Assembly: GCF_052425735.1 (NCBI RefSeq)
Contig: NC_135769.1
Coordinates: forward strand, 12,090,001 to 12,154,000
Reading direction: 5' to 3'
Origin: Oculina patagonica
Taxonomy: Eukaryota
Length of the DNA stretch: 64,000 nt
The notes under the pieces were generated by a model, which saw only the letters and a program-made list of their open reading frames with translations, did not search any database and was not told where the DNA came from. The translations under genes were made by a program, and so were the position numbers. Below are positions 12,946 to 23,560 of this stretch, one piece after another (positions within the stretch are counted from its first letter, which is position 1; each line of letters begins with the position of its first letter).

Positions 12946-14965
12946 CCACAGTAGCATTTCGCATTTATGAATATTTCACGTTCAATTCCTTTGTTGTCAG
13001 CTCAGATTTAATCACTTCAATTTAGCGCTGTATCTTATTTTAAGAAATATTAATAGGACGCTGTCCTTAAATATTTCTCTAAGCACTTTTGCGTATTAAA
13101 AAATATCAGCTCTGGGCAACCAAATAGGAGTATGGACAAAGCGCCAACACGAACTGACACGTAAAACAAGCTCAGACAGTAAATTAAACAATGCATACAT
13201 AAAATTGACATGCCTTCCCCGGCACTTCCGACAATTGAGTGTTGCAAATGGATGGAAGGTCAAAGCACAATAAATCTGGAGCAAACGCGAAGTTGTAGTC
13301 GGCGTGATTCCGCTAATTTGGCGGCGGGACACCCTCCGATCTATCCTTACGCCTTTTCTTACGCCCAATAAAATTAATTTGGCCAACGCGGCAGTAAAGA
13401 CTTCCCCTAGCCTTTCCCCTATTAGTCTGGGCAACAACGGCAGAAACAATTAATTTAAAAGACAATTTATTAACGACAAACGGTTTTTTCAATTAAAAAC
13501 TTTCACATCCCATAAATCCAATTTAGCACCCTCCTTCTCCCAGAAGCGCACCCCCTTTTCAAACCCTCTTTGTTCAAGCTATAAATATAAAGCCGGCTTG
13601 ACGACCTTTCGTAAATTAAAAGCGTGCGATTTTTTTAAAACATTTATTGGCACAGAGGCCGCGGATTATCTGCAACATGTTTAGTCACTTGAAAAATTTC
13701 CACGCTACTCCTATTTAGTGCCAAAATTAGTGCGACTGGCGCTTAATAATCACTAGTGCTCTAAATTCGAATCATTGTTATAAGCCATTAGCAAACAGGT
13801 GAACGCAAAGAAAGGTCAGCTGACAAAATATAAATCAGACTGCAAACGGTTTTTCTTTTCTTGCACGCAATCTAAGCACAGCAATAAGACTAAAATAGAA
13901 CGAAGAGACGGGAGAAAAACCCGACAATTATTAGCCTAAGGGCAGTTTTGCGAAATTAATTTTAAAAGCCAGTCACAAATTTCAGAACGCTTTACTTTTA
14001 GTATCTCTGAAAGCATTCGACTGCAAACGACCAATTAGACTATTTAAATTTCATTTAGACCACTGTCTAGTCTTTTGTTTTAGTGCTTTTTCAGTGCTTC
14101 AAGATTAACTTGTATGTTCAGAGAGCGTTGATTTCTATTTGACAATACTTACTCGTGCAGCACTTTTTAACACGCGAAATTCCCTCCAGAAATTGCCATC
14201 ACCTTGTCAACAACCAATCATTAGTCGCCAAGCGGCTTACAGTGGTTGATGTCATCAATGGACCCTCCCATGATTTATTTAATAACTTTTGATGTTGGCT
14301 TTGTGAAGAAAATTTGTCGAGATCGATACTGCTTGAACAAAGAGCACCTCAAAATCAGTAAAACAGCCAAGATTGTGGGTCGTTTTACAGAAGCTTGAAT
14401 ACCAGGGGCAAAAATTTATCCGACTGTGTATGACTCACTACCTTATCCATTTTCGTTACTCGTCTTAAGTTGCTCTTTCCACGGCAGTGTCAATAGATTT
14501 TTGCCGAGTTTTCGCCACTTGGCCAATAGTGGAAGGTTCTATTGGCGCGGTTTTTTTTTTGCAGATACTCTGAGTGACAGATCTTATTTGCTAGAAGGGC
14601 GAACTATTTGCCTCTTATGCCATACTGATCTTAGTAGCCTTCAGACAGTCTTCAGTGCAGGCGTTTTTGTGGGCGAACACTAAATTAACAAAAGCAAGTC
14701 ACTCGCGTGCTTTTCAGCCTGACTCCCCACTATCGCTCAACTCTCAAAACACGGTGATGGAATATTCAGCGCTCGCTCGTCCAATTACAGGCTACGCTGA
14801 AGAACAACGCCTAATGTTCAAATCAAGACCTTTGCGAAAGAAATACCGGGATAGATAAACTATGTACACGCCTTTTTTGTACCGACCGAAAACTGGTGGT
14901 ACTGTGAGTAAGAACACGACCCCATAAGCATTGTGCTTAAAACCTGATCGTGTCAGTTTAAATAA

Positions 14966-14967
<2 letters not shown>

Positions 14968-15008
<41 letters not shown>

Positions 15009-15033
15009 GGAGGAGGAGGAGGAGGAGGAGGAG
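14968..15033. repeat. Compound microsatellite (GAT)n(GAG)n
   Basis: About 13 GAT units followed by about 8 GAG units. Confidence 0.95.
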
Positions 15034-17400
15034 AAAGGGTAATAGAAAATTACAAGAAATTCAACTGTCCTTTCCCAGAGAAGGAAAAACACAAGGAAAG
15101 CGAAATTTAAACCTGTTTCCATTTCCGGCCCCGCATTCTAACTTCTTTCATTTTCGTGGATTATACCAGTTTCGGAAAGCGGAAAACAAAATTAGAGCTT
15201 TTTAACTTGTGGTAAACGCACCAAATCTTTCCAAACCAGAAGCCTATTAACTACCAAAACTGTTTCCCGTTCACTTGAAAGCAAATATTTGTTTCGCTTT
15301 CTTCTCTTATAGATTAACTTATAAATTGAACACCGAACATTTCGTTACTGACGGTCTGGGTAAAGTGCTATCATCCAGCCAACATGACAAAATTCTAAAC
15401 GACCACCATTATCAGCTAGGACAAAGGTAACTTTCTCAGGCAGTGGCGCACCGAAGTGTTATTAAAAATTTCCAGCAAAAAAAAAATCAAGTCAATCAGC
15501 GATGCCTTAAAACGCATGCCCTGTCCGGCAACACGTCCCTGTTTGGACCAAACAGGGGAGTATCCCTCGCCTAAGGTGTTTGCGCAATCGACAAGATTTT
15601 TGACAAAGTCGACCCAGAAGCAACATGTTAATGACAGTCTAAATTGCACCGTGTATCTTCCTCGGAATCTATTTCGCGAAACATTGCGTAATGCTGTGGA
15701 AGTAGGTTCCTACCCGGCCTTTTTTTCCTTCCAGCCTGAGTAATGTACACCTTTTGGGCGAAGCCTTTAATTTCGTATTGTCCCCTATAGGGATTTCCCC
15801 CCGGCGGAAGGCGATTTTACTTCCGCAACATTTCGTGTAATAGTTGCAACGTGCGTTCGAATTCACTGCAACATTGCTCTCAGTATCGTTACACGACTAT
15901 CACAGAGCCATTTCACTCACTTCCTCTACCAACTGTTAGAAACTGCAACTTTATTTTGAAACCGAAACGAGAGCATTATGCAAATCATGAGTCTATTTTG
16001 GTATTCTTCCCTTAGCATATGTTTACAGAAGAGGAAAGTATTCATTTCATAACTTATGTAGTGGCTCACTTATGCAGAAATTAATCCTACCAAGGAACAT
16101 TTTCCCTAGAAAAATCTTTGTACTCTGATTTGTACGTTCTGAATCATAAAGCTAGTTCAGCGTATAGGTGATTTTGCACCTGCTTTTAGAACAAAGCCTC
16201 CGAATAATAAATGAGCTTAAGCTAGTGATTCTAATTAAGGGCGTGAAAAATATCTTAAAAATTCCTCTTAGCTTACGTAAGTCAAACTAAGTTGTCGAAA
16301 TGCTATTGGCTAAACTCGTTTATGACAATTCAATTGTCTTTTCGTTCTGCATGCCGGTTAGAGCGTGAGTCAAGATCACCAATGAACACCACGTTTCGTA
16401 ATGATGTTTTAGGTATATGTTTTGTTCCACCTGACTAATTAAAAAATTTCCACAAAATAGAAGTAACTCTGGGTTAACTCCCTGAATGCGCATGCCCATG
16501 TTAAAAAAATAAAAGAACACTTTTTAGTTTATAGTTTCACCTTAGTGAAGTCGGATAGTTGTTGGCGGCGGAAATAAGACTTCTAGTTATCGAAAGAGAA
16601 ACTGTTTTGTTTTGTTACCAGTCATGCAATTAGTTGGATTGCAATTCAGTCAGTTCACTTAAGTGTTAAAACTAGTCTTAATTAAAAATGTAATTTTAAA
16701 AAAATCATATTCTTTGGTAATCGGACCTCTCGCTGGAAATGAGTAAATTCATGGGAATAGACGGATTCTTTGGCTAGGCACTTGAGGATATGTAAATTTA
16801 AGTCTTGAATTTCTTTGCAAGGCTGTTTACTCTCACAGTGTGGCCACTTTTAACCAATCAAAACGCTAACAGAAAACAAGGGATGGTGACAACCTCGTTC
16901 CCAGGGTTCAACTTTAGTTTCGTTCCTGAATTTTGAGCGGTTATAAACGTTTCGGGGTTTCGAGCTATTTTTTTTTTTTTTTTTAATAAAACAATAGTTA
17001 TGATAATTTGCCGCCAACAGTTGGTCAAGGATGGGATCTGTAGAGGGTATACAGAATGAAGGAGTCGATAGTACGCAAATTCTTTCACTTGGTTTCAAAT
17101 TTGGTTGTAGAACTGTTGTCTGAATGCTCCGATGTAATTTGTCTGTTTACGAAAAAAATCACTATCCATGGTTCTCAATTTAAACTTTTTGATTGGTTAA
17201 CTTTGTTCCAAGTGGCCCAGCTCAAGTAGTCACACTGAAACACGCAATAACATTGTCGTTTGATCATTTGTTTGGTATTTTTTATGCCGTTTCTGTAGAT
17301 TCAATGACATACCAGGGTAGGCCTCTATCCCTTACAAAAGAGCCAAGCACAATCTAATCTTCATCTGTCCTTCGCCTGAGCAAAGCAAACTTATTCCAAT

Positions 17401-17581
17401 CTGCCTCGTCCCCATGCGCCGAATGCCGCCGATCGACCGGACAGTCGAGGCGGTAAGGCGGGAAAACAGGGAGCGCGGGGGTTGATGGTTGGAAAGCGAG
17501 CAAGCGAACCGTGCACGCCAGTCCCACAATGCCAAGCGGACTGTGCACGACCAAGGAGGAGGACGCCTGGAGACGAGGCAG
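17401..17581. mobile_element. GC-rich MITE with internal hairpins
   Basis: TIR CTGCCTCGTCCCCA / TGGAGACGAGGCAG; flanks ATTCCAAT and ATCCCAAT (8-bp TSD, 1 mismatch). Confidence 0.7.
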
Positions 17582-19336
17582 ATCCCAATTAAACGTTTCC
17601 GCGTCAGAAAATCTATTTTAACTGACAAACTGTTGCACGCAGTATCGTGTAGAAAGTTAAAGCGTTAAGCTCGTTCCCTGGTCTTGCGGTCATGCGTGGT
17701 TCGCATGGAGCTGTGTGAATGATGCGGGTGATTAGTCACCAAGTTCCACTTTCCCTATTTCCCGGCTCCCATATATCTCTCTCCCCCGCAGACTCTGTGG
17801 CAGGTATCCGCTGAACGGAATGAGTGCAGGCGCAAATCGAACGAGCAAACGTTTGTTGTAAGAGATTTTACTACGGTTGATTTGACTGACTAGATTCAAA
17901 TTCTCTTTGTTAAAAATCAAGCCAATCAAATCATGTGTCTCCAAAGCCACTTTTTCCTCTTGCCCCAAACTGAGCGGGACAAGGGGCTCTGGGGACGAGA
18001 AACTCAAGGCAAAGTACTCCCGATTCCGGGCAGCTGGAAAGGACCATAAAAAAAATTATATTTGATGAGTTCTATTAGATTTAGTAGACAGAAATCTTTT
18101 CATTCTTTCATTCTTTTAATTCGTTCCGAAAAGTGGAACTTGGGGACTAATCACCCGCATCATTCACACAGCTCCATGCGAACCACGCTGGGGACGAAAA
18201 ACTCAAGGCAAAATACTCCCGATTCCGGGCATGATAAATTCTATTAGATTTAGTAGACAGAAATCTTTTCATTCTTTAAAAAAGGGGCGGTGTAAACAAT
18301 TACAAGAGTGCGCTTGACCATCCGAGAGGTATCGTATGTTGTATATCGGATGTCACGCTACAAGATAAGTTGAACAATTCAACACAGAACGGTCCCTTGC
18401 TGTTTTAAGTTTTACTTCCATATACGTTAATTTTTTGACAAATTTCCTGAAAATTATTTAAGACCCCTTGTAAAACGTCATCGCTTCTGCATGCATTGCG
18501 TGCCGTTTATCATATGTACCGCATTATAATTTTCTTTTTGTTTATGTCATTAGCTGCTAAAATACTTCCACTGATGCTTGGCTGATCTTGTAAGCATTTA
18601 ATATCAATTCAATTGTAAATTATTTCAATATTTTAAAAATCAAAGGTAAGGTGAGACTACGACTATTTTGCTATGGTTTATCTGTTGGCAGTTAATTGTG
18701 GTATGGAGTAGTCTTTTGCTAAAGGGTGAAAGAGGCTTTTCATTTGTTTAGGAGTGCAAGTCTTGAAATATATATTTTCCCTGTAGGGTAAGCTCCTGTA
18801 TCTTTTAGCCATGGTTTGTTATGGATTTTAACTCGTTTGTACTTTGTATATTTCTAGTAGTTGGGGGTATGTTGCTGGAACTTTGACTCGTTTGCCGTAT
18901 ACCAAACCTTTTTTTTAGCTGTTTTGGCAGCCCTATATCATAGTATGAAAATTTCTGTCCTCCTGGATATTCGGGTTAGTCTATTAGGAGGAATGGCGGA
19001 ACGGTGGAACGGCACGGTTGATGGGAGTAACATTGTAAAATGCGCATTGACGTATTTTCTTAAAACGCGGAATGTCTGAATTTTGTAAAACGCAGAAGTG
19101 TGAAACATTTTAAAAAGTGGCAACAACAGCTACCAAAACAAACAATCTCAAGTAAAAATACGGCAATTTAAGGTAAAGAATGCCTCGAAGAATGATTTTT
19201 TTGGGGGGGGAGGGTGAAGTCGGGCATAGGCTCGAGACAAAGAAACGCATAAAGCCGAAGTAGGAAGCTGTTAAAAGGGAAATAAAAGTACCTGAAATTA
19301 ATAAGTTTGTACTGAGAAACTTAAAAATGGAATCGC

Positions 19337-20048
19337 AACAACAAGGGGTTTTCATAAGGTCATTCATCCAAGTAAAACCCCGCTCAAGGTGAGGTGGTGT
19401 GAGGTGAGCTACGCGTTCTTTCTTATATCACATGGAAAGTAGTGGTTGTCATCCTATCCATAGGCGTACGAGACGGGGGGGGAGGGGGCTGCAGCCCCCC
19501 CAGTGCCAAATTCGGGAAAATGTAGAATTCGGGCAACAGCCTAAGGAAAAAAAGAAAAAAGCCGAAAGGCGTCAACATTACGTTAAACGAATACAAACGG
19601 AAAAGATGGAAAACCTACTTGTGAAAGTCCAATCCAATCTGCGTCGATCCCTCGAATCATCGTGCGGACCGCGAAAGTAGTGAATCAGCCCAGCTGAGCG
19701 TGCGACGGGGACAGACAAGCTGAACAAATGAGAAGCATGCACGACCAAAGCCGGGCAGCGAACCCGAAATGATCACGCCGCGCTGTACACGCGAACCAAT
19801 GGGGGAGACGCGGCCCCCCCAAATGGAAGAGAGGAAAGAACGGGAGAGACCCGGAAACGCCACGAAAAGCAAGCAGGCAGCCCACTTCAATGCATGTCAC
19901 ATGCCCACGGCTCAACCCACGCACCGGGCAAAAGGCCCGCCCCCCAGGAACGATGGTGCCCGAAGGCCTATGATCCTATCGCCAAAGTTAAGGTTTGTTG
20001 AGCGGGGTTATTTTTGGATGGGGTACCAATAGGAAACCCCTTGTTGTT
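19337..20048. mobile_element. Element with ~50-bp imperfect inverted ends (AACAACAAGGGGTTT..CCCCGCTCAA), possibly a Helentron-type terminus
   Basis: 19337-19387 is an inverted copy of 19998-20048. It is interrupted by the 19459-19972 insertion and lies next to an OTU remnant. Confidence 0.6.
19459..19972. mobile_element. hAT-like non-autonomous element, 8-bp TSD
   Basis: Ends CATAGGC / GCCTATG with G/C-run subtermini; perfect TSD ATCCTATC at 19451-19458 and 19973-19980. Confidence 0.9.
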
Positions 20049-20284
20049 AAGTTTTGTTGTTGAGTTTTTGGAAATCCTTTTTGTCCTTCAAAGTGTTATT
20101 GCTATTCTAGACTTAATTGTTTTATATACTAGTGATCAGATTTCAGGCAAATGGTACTTTATTTTAGACGAAAACTCTTTGTTTTAAACATGTGACATAG
20201 CTTTGAATTTTCATCAAAGTCAACTAATTCAAACGCTTCTACAAAATGACCCAATCTGATGTTCAATTGATAATAAGAGCGATT

Positions 20285-20720
20285 AATATTTTTTTCAATA
20301 GTAGATACATAATGAGTTTCGTCAATGTGACCAATGACAATATTTCTGCATTCCCCTGTCATATTTATTGGTCAGTTGAACAACAGTCAAAGGAGCAAAA
20401 CTTTCATTAGATTCAACAATATAAATTGTCAAATTTAAACAATTAGCCACTGCTTGTACTATAATAGCATCAGCCCATGTACCCTGGCATGACATATTGT
20501 TTAAGTAACCTTGCCAAGAATGTTCAGTGTTGCTTTCGATAAACTGATCTGGGTTTTGAACTAAATAATTAACAGCAAGGGTACGTATAGATAAATGACT
20601 ATTAGGATTGCCATAAAGTTGATGAGAAACAGCTCTAAAAAAACAATCTCCACCTCCTCCAACATCAATTGCAGATAAATTTAACTCAGACAATCTTATT
20701 TCAAACAGTGAACCAGAATT
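20285..20720 (-). pseudogene. OTU cysteine protease domain remnant with a frameshift, likely from a Helitron/Helentron
   Basis: DVGGGGDCFFRAVSHQLYG and GTWADAIIVQAVA are in one frame; the catalytic-His motif IGHIDETHYVST is in another. There is no ATG-led intact ORF. Confidence 0.8.
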
Positions 20721-21662
20721 TGCTAAGGAAGCACTCTGTGCTTTTAAATTACTATTGGTATTGTCTTCATGTCTTCATGTCTTCAATGTCACCACTAAGA
20801 CAAATGACTCTACCACATATATGATAAGGTTGGAGTTCACACTGTTTTAATTTCATAATTATTAGCTGTAACTTATACATTCTTAAAATAAATTTTCTGT
20901 GTTTGTTTGACTTTCGACACATATCATAACTAATTTTCACTAATTATAAGTATTGCAAACTATATATTGCTTTAATCAGAAAATTTCAGCTAAGTAAAGT
21001 TATGTTGAGCACTCTATGGTGTCTCTCTTGCAAACGGAAATCTGTTGAGCACTCAAGGTAACTCTCTTGCTCCACTGAACATCTGTCTCTTTTCCAGAGT
21101 GAATTCTTCCAACGGTGATAAAAAGTTTATGACAACTGTCAAGTTCAGTGCTCTATTGAAAACAAGTTTATTGAGCAGTAAATAGAGCTCTATTGCTCCT
21201 TTAAACTTCGTAAACCGTTAAAAACCACTCCACTCCGCAACAGTTAAAAACCACTGGAATTTGTATCCGTTTATAATGTTATTTCATTAAGTTCACTCTT
21301 GCCAAACTAAAGCATTAACGTGCGTATCTTTGTACTGATAACTTGGGACTACTGGATAAAACGCACTCTGCAAGAACTTTCCTTTGAATACAAAGAACTA
21401 AACGTTTGAAAACAGTTTATGACCGATTTGGCTTGCGTATGCAAAAATTACAGTAATCTTCAATCCACGTGATGGGTCAGGTGACTGAAGAATAATATCC
21501 AAGGAAACAAGTCAACATTACAAAATTCTTCATATTTATCAAAAGCATATAAAGTCTTCGACTTAGCGGGGTTTTCGAATTAACCGAGCAATGACTGAAT
21601 ATTGGGTCCAAGTGAAATGGAAGTTAGTTCGCATTAGCGGGGTTGTTCGAGTTAACCGAGAA

Positions 21663-21759
21663 CCGTATTTACTCGAATAAGCGCCGCGGCGCTTATTGAA
21701 TTTTTCGCGTCCCAAATGCGGCGCTTAATCGGGGGCGGCGCTTATTCGAGTAAATACGG
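21663..21759. mobile_element. Small MITE nested in a pogo-like MITE remnant (~21560-21784)
   Basis: TIR CCGTATTTACTCGAATAAGCGCCGC / GCGGCGCTTATTCGAGTAAATACGG interrupts GAGTTAACCGAG|TTCGAGTTA; the host ends in CTACTGTA. Confidence 0.8.
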
Positions 21760-22612
21760 TTCGAGTTACTGGGATTCTACTGTATTAGAACTAAGCTTAC
21801 CTGAATACTTTACACTTCCCCATCACATTCTAAATTAAAACTGCAATCTAGAAGTAAACAATGCGCTGTTTACAAAACTCAACCGCAAATTAAGGAGCCA
21901 AAGAAAACCCAATGGAAAACACATTGAAAATACTGTAGTACTCGTGTCGCAATTCCGGCCTACTACAGCAAACAAACAGTTCAGCGGTTCAATACATTCT
22001 TCATATATACCCATTCTCTCGGCCCACATCCAAAAGAAATCCGTTGAATTGAGAACGCGAATAAATGATTATTTACTCGTGTTTAGCGTGACTAACGCAA
22101 TAGATTGTCGCGGAAACAAATCCTTTAGGTTGAATATTAGCACCGCTTTAAAATGTGAAAGACTTGTATTAACCACAGGTAGCCAAAGCTTTTAAAGATA
22201 CGACTGAAAATAAATAAAATGATCTGAAAACTTAATAAAATGATCTGAAATTATCAACGGCTTTAATATTGTTTTATCTATCTTCTATTAAATATTCATG
22301 TGAGCTTTGTTCTACGAGTGAAAATTAGCATAATGTATGCTAATACTAAAATTGCTCTCAACTAACAAAGCGAAGCGAAAGGTCGCACACTCGAGCCATC
22401 AGAATGCCGACCCGTGTTCACAAAATGAGCTGTAATTCTCAAAGTTTGCCATTTCTCACCCAAAACGCCTCACATTCATAGGCTACGATAATCATCCTGA
22501 AAATAAATACCGAAAAATTGCCCAATGTTACATCCTTTCCCCGTTAAAATGAATTATTTCAGTGGTAAACCTCAACGAACCATCCGTGGCCCGAGCTCTT
22601 CTGCATTTAATC

Positions 22613-22777
22613 ATATGCAATTTGGAACCACAAAAGCCACTTTCTAGGGGAGGTGTACGGAATGTCTCGTGCAACACATGATGACCTCATATTCATGAGC
22701 TCAGGGATGAAAAGTAAACAAACAAAATTCCATACACCTCCCCTAGAAAGTGGCTTTTGTGGTTCCAAATTGCATAT
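22613..22777. mobile_element. MITE with 45-bp perfect TIRs
   Basis: ATATGCAATTTGGAACCACAAAAGCCACTTTCTAGGGGAGGTGTA and its exact reverse complement. Confidence 0.85.
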
Positions 22778-23560
22778 CTAAACCACCACGCGGACACTGG
22801 ACTGGGGTTCTGGCAGTCTTTATTACAATGCACAAATAATATCTTATTAAGTACAATACACATAATATTGAAATACTGGATTGAAAACTACAAATAAAAT
22901 GGAAATCAACTAACGTACACGAAATGAAATAAGATTAGACACATATAAACTTAAGACTGCCCGGGAATGGGATGGGCGGGCAAAAAATTGCTAACTATTG
23001 GATTTGAAAAACTCTATATGCTATAAGATACGATGTGCCCGTATTGCTATGCCTATGCAATTTGTCCCGGGAAATTGGTCTGTATAGTCTTTAAGCAAAT
23101 AGTAGCTAGCTGATTGGCTGTAGGAATCTTGTGACTATCAGCTACATATTTAAGCTATAAGGTCATACCCATATGACTAGCACGCGTATGTTAGACGCCA
23201 GGTCCCAAATCCACGATTAAATGCAGAAGAGCTCGGGCCACGGATGGTTCGTTGAGGTTTACCACTGAAATAATTCATTTTAACGGGGAAAGGATGTAAC
23301 ATTGGGCAATTTTTCGGTATGTATTTTCAGGATGATTATCGTAGCCTATGAATTTGAGGCGTTTTGGGTGAGAAATGGCAAACTTTGAGAATTACAGCTC
23401 ATTTTGTGAACACGGGTCGGCATTCTGATGGCTCAAATGTGCGACCTATCGCTTCGCTTTGTTAGTTGAGAGCAATTTTAGTATTAGCATATATTATGCT
23501 AATTTTCACTCGTAGAACAAAGCTCACATGAATATGTAATAGAAGATAGATAAAACAATA

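Noticed and set aside
14969-15205. Poly-Met/poly-Arg ORF
   Set aside because: It is a translation of a (GAT)n(GAG)n microsatellite.
17592-17608. CTGACGCGGAAACG on the minus strand as a hammerhead core
   Set aside because: It lacks the conserved A9 and any stem II.
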